Of a stretch of DNA of 34,410 bases, positions 33,327 to 34,410 are shown one piece after another (within the stretch, counting starts at the first letter, position 1; the number at the start of each line of letters is the position of its first letter). A program made the position numbers and the translations under genes. Origin of the DNA: an uncultured Candidatus Peribacteria bacterium. Lineage in GTDB: Bacteria; Patescibacteriota; Gracilibacteria; BD1-5; JAGOOR01. The DNA lies in contig CAYVZT010000003.1 of assembly GCA_964456455.1 (NCBI GenBank), forward strand, positions 1 to 34,410. Reading direction: 5' to 3'. The notes under the pieces were generated by a model that saw only the letters and a program-made list of their open reading frames with translations, had not been told where the DNA came from and searched no databases.

Positions 33327-34410
33327 TTAGAAACTACAAGTCCCCCCGGTATAACCACTTGGTTTTTGAAGAAGAGTTGGAAGCGCTGAACCAGCAAGAG
33401 TATCGTAGTTTACAGTTGTCGTACAGAGAGCATTTCCATCATTCAATATAACACGGAGTCTCTCAAGGTCGACAGTACCAGCTTGTGCTGGAGTAACAGG
33501 TATTGAAACAGAATTAGTTGTCAATATTCATCAGACAAACATTTTTGCTGTACTAGTAACTGGTTTAAAATCATTAGCATCAATCACCAACGATCCCCCT
33601 CTCGTATTGAAGCTGTAGAGTCTTCCATTGATAGTGAGACGATTTGAGAGTTCATTTGGATTATCAATCCAGTTCTTGGTAGTTATATTAGTACCACTCA
33701 GAACACCATTCATGAGAGCGCCACCATCAGCAATGAGGATAGCATCTATTCTAGTAACAGATGGATTTACATAGATGTTTCCACCAATAGAACCTGTACT
33801 ACGAGCGATGAGTATGAGAGTCTTGTCTGTGCCAGAGTAATCAATGTTTGAATTGATCTGGATGTTACCTCCTTCGACGATGACCGCTTTTGATCCAGTA
33901 CCAGTTGGAGTGCTGTTGATGCTGAGAGTATTTCCAGCTATGTTCGAGAAGTAGTAGTATCCATTAGTATTTGGAGTGTTTGTATTCTTGAGTGTTGCTG
34001 GAGTAGACCAGTTGAGAGTATTGGTCGTACTTGGATTGTATTGGCTCGTGACGAGAGTGTTGATATTGTTTGAAAGGATACCACGGAAGCAAGTAGCGTT
34101 CGTAGCATTTTCTGAGAGAGAGTAGCCATACTGGTTTGCTGCCATAGCTGCTTGAAGTGGAGTCTTGTAGGTCGTGATGATTGGAACAGGATTCATGTTG
34201 GTCGAAGAGAAACATCCGACAGGATCAGATGGGTAGACACCACGAGTGACGTTTCAGGCGTTGTCCTCGATACAGTATGCTATGACATTACCATTAGGGT
34301 TTGTATTACTAGCAGGATTTGCAACCTCAACACTGAACGATTGACTCATGGTTACTCCTGCTTCATTTCGGTGATAATAATTGAGGTTGTTCGATGGGCT
34401 AATACACGTT
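33327..34410 (-). CDS. large secreted protein, C-terminal part (paralog of the C-terminal module of the 27272..31915 product); 5' end outside the window
   Basis: ORFs 33531..34196 and 33327..33524 are joined by a TGA-TGA pair. The frame stays open upstream of 34196 to the window edge ('...VIAYCIEDNAGNVTRGVYPSDPVGCFSSTNMNPVP...'). It ends 'GGTCSF' at the stop 33327-33329. Confidence 0.8.
34216..34265. repeat. 50-nt block identical to 28179..28228 (copy B)
   Basis: Same 50-mer read directly from the sequence lines at 34201-34270. Confidence 0.85.

Noticed and set aside
27542-33451. Plus-strand ORFs 27542..28270 (242 aa), 31031..31498, 32099..32587 and 32831..33451 (206 aa)
   Set aside because: They are antisense to the continuous minus-strand giant-gene cluster. 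They are rich in R/I/S/C with no motifs, and the minus-strand frame is open for 4.6 kb under table 25.
28179-34265. The 50-nt duplicated block as a CRISPR repeat or as a DGR template/variable repeat pair
   Set aside because: There are only two copies, 6 kb apart, and both lie inside coding sequence. There are no spacers, cas genes or reverse transcriptase in the window, and the flanking mismatches are not adenine-specific.

Overview
AT-rich 34.4-kb chromosomal window from a bacterium that reads TGA as glycine (NCBI translation table 25, the code described for Absconditabacteria/SR1 and Gracilibacteria/BD1-5 in the Candidate Phyla Radiation). The supplied standard-code ORF track is therefore fragmented. 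Neighbouring same-frame ORFs separated by single TGAs join into full-length genes. The TGAs fall on conserved Gly positions: CopA PGKG, SAM-MTase LDxGCG, SerRS GR..ILENYQ, DUF1295 RHPNYFGE, CapA HWG.EY, VOC AGGYHHH. After recoding I find about 37 tightly packed protein genes and one tRNA-Phe. I see no rRNA, CRISPR array, transposase or integrase. Left to right the window holds: two overlapping DNA methyltransferases (one ParB-fused); a copper operon (copA, HMA-permease, membrane protein, cupredoxin-like protein, csoR); a SAM-MTase, a VOC enzyme and an H1-like K/A/P-rich protein; DUF1295, DUF2177, a MurF-like ligase, a solute-binding protein and serS; a GNAT; an EEP nuclease, xth and rseP; a 616-aa lipoprotein and a Memo-like::CapA fusion; ftsE with two envelope proteins; gatC-pheS; a frameshifted CphA-like ATP-grasp gene; and secE-nusG-tRNA-Phe. 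The most unusual part is the right-hand 7.1 kb, a minus-strand three-gene cluster. It encodes a 1547-aa cysteine-rich secreted protein, a membrane-anchored 465-aa protein and a second large protein cut by the window edge. The two large proteins share a ~330-aa C-terminal module ending in GGxCSF. They also share a 50-nt stretch of perfect nucleotide identity at the junction between the variable and conserved parts. All homology calls are motif recognition by eye, not database searches. Coordinates were checked by frame arithmetic against the ORF track.
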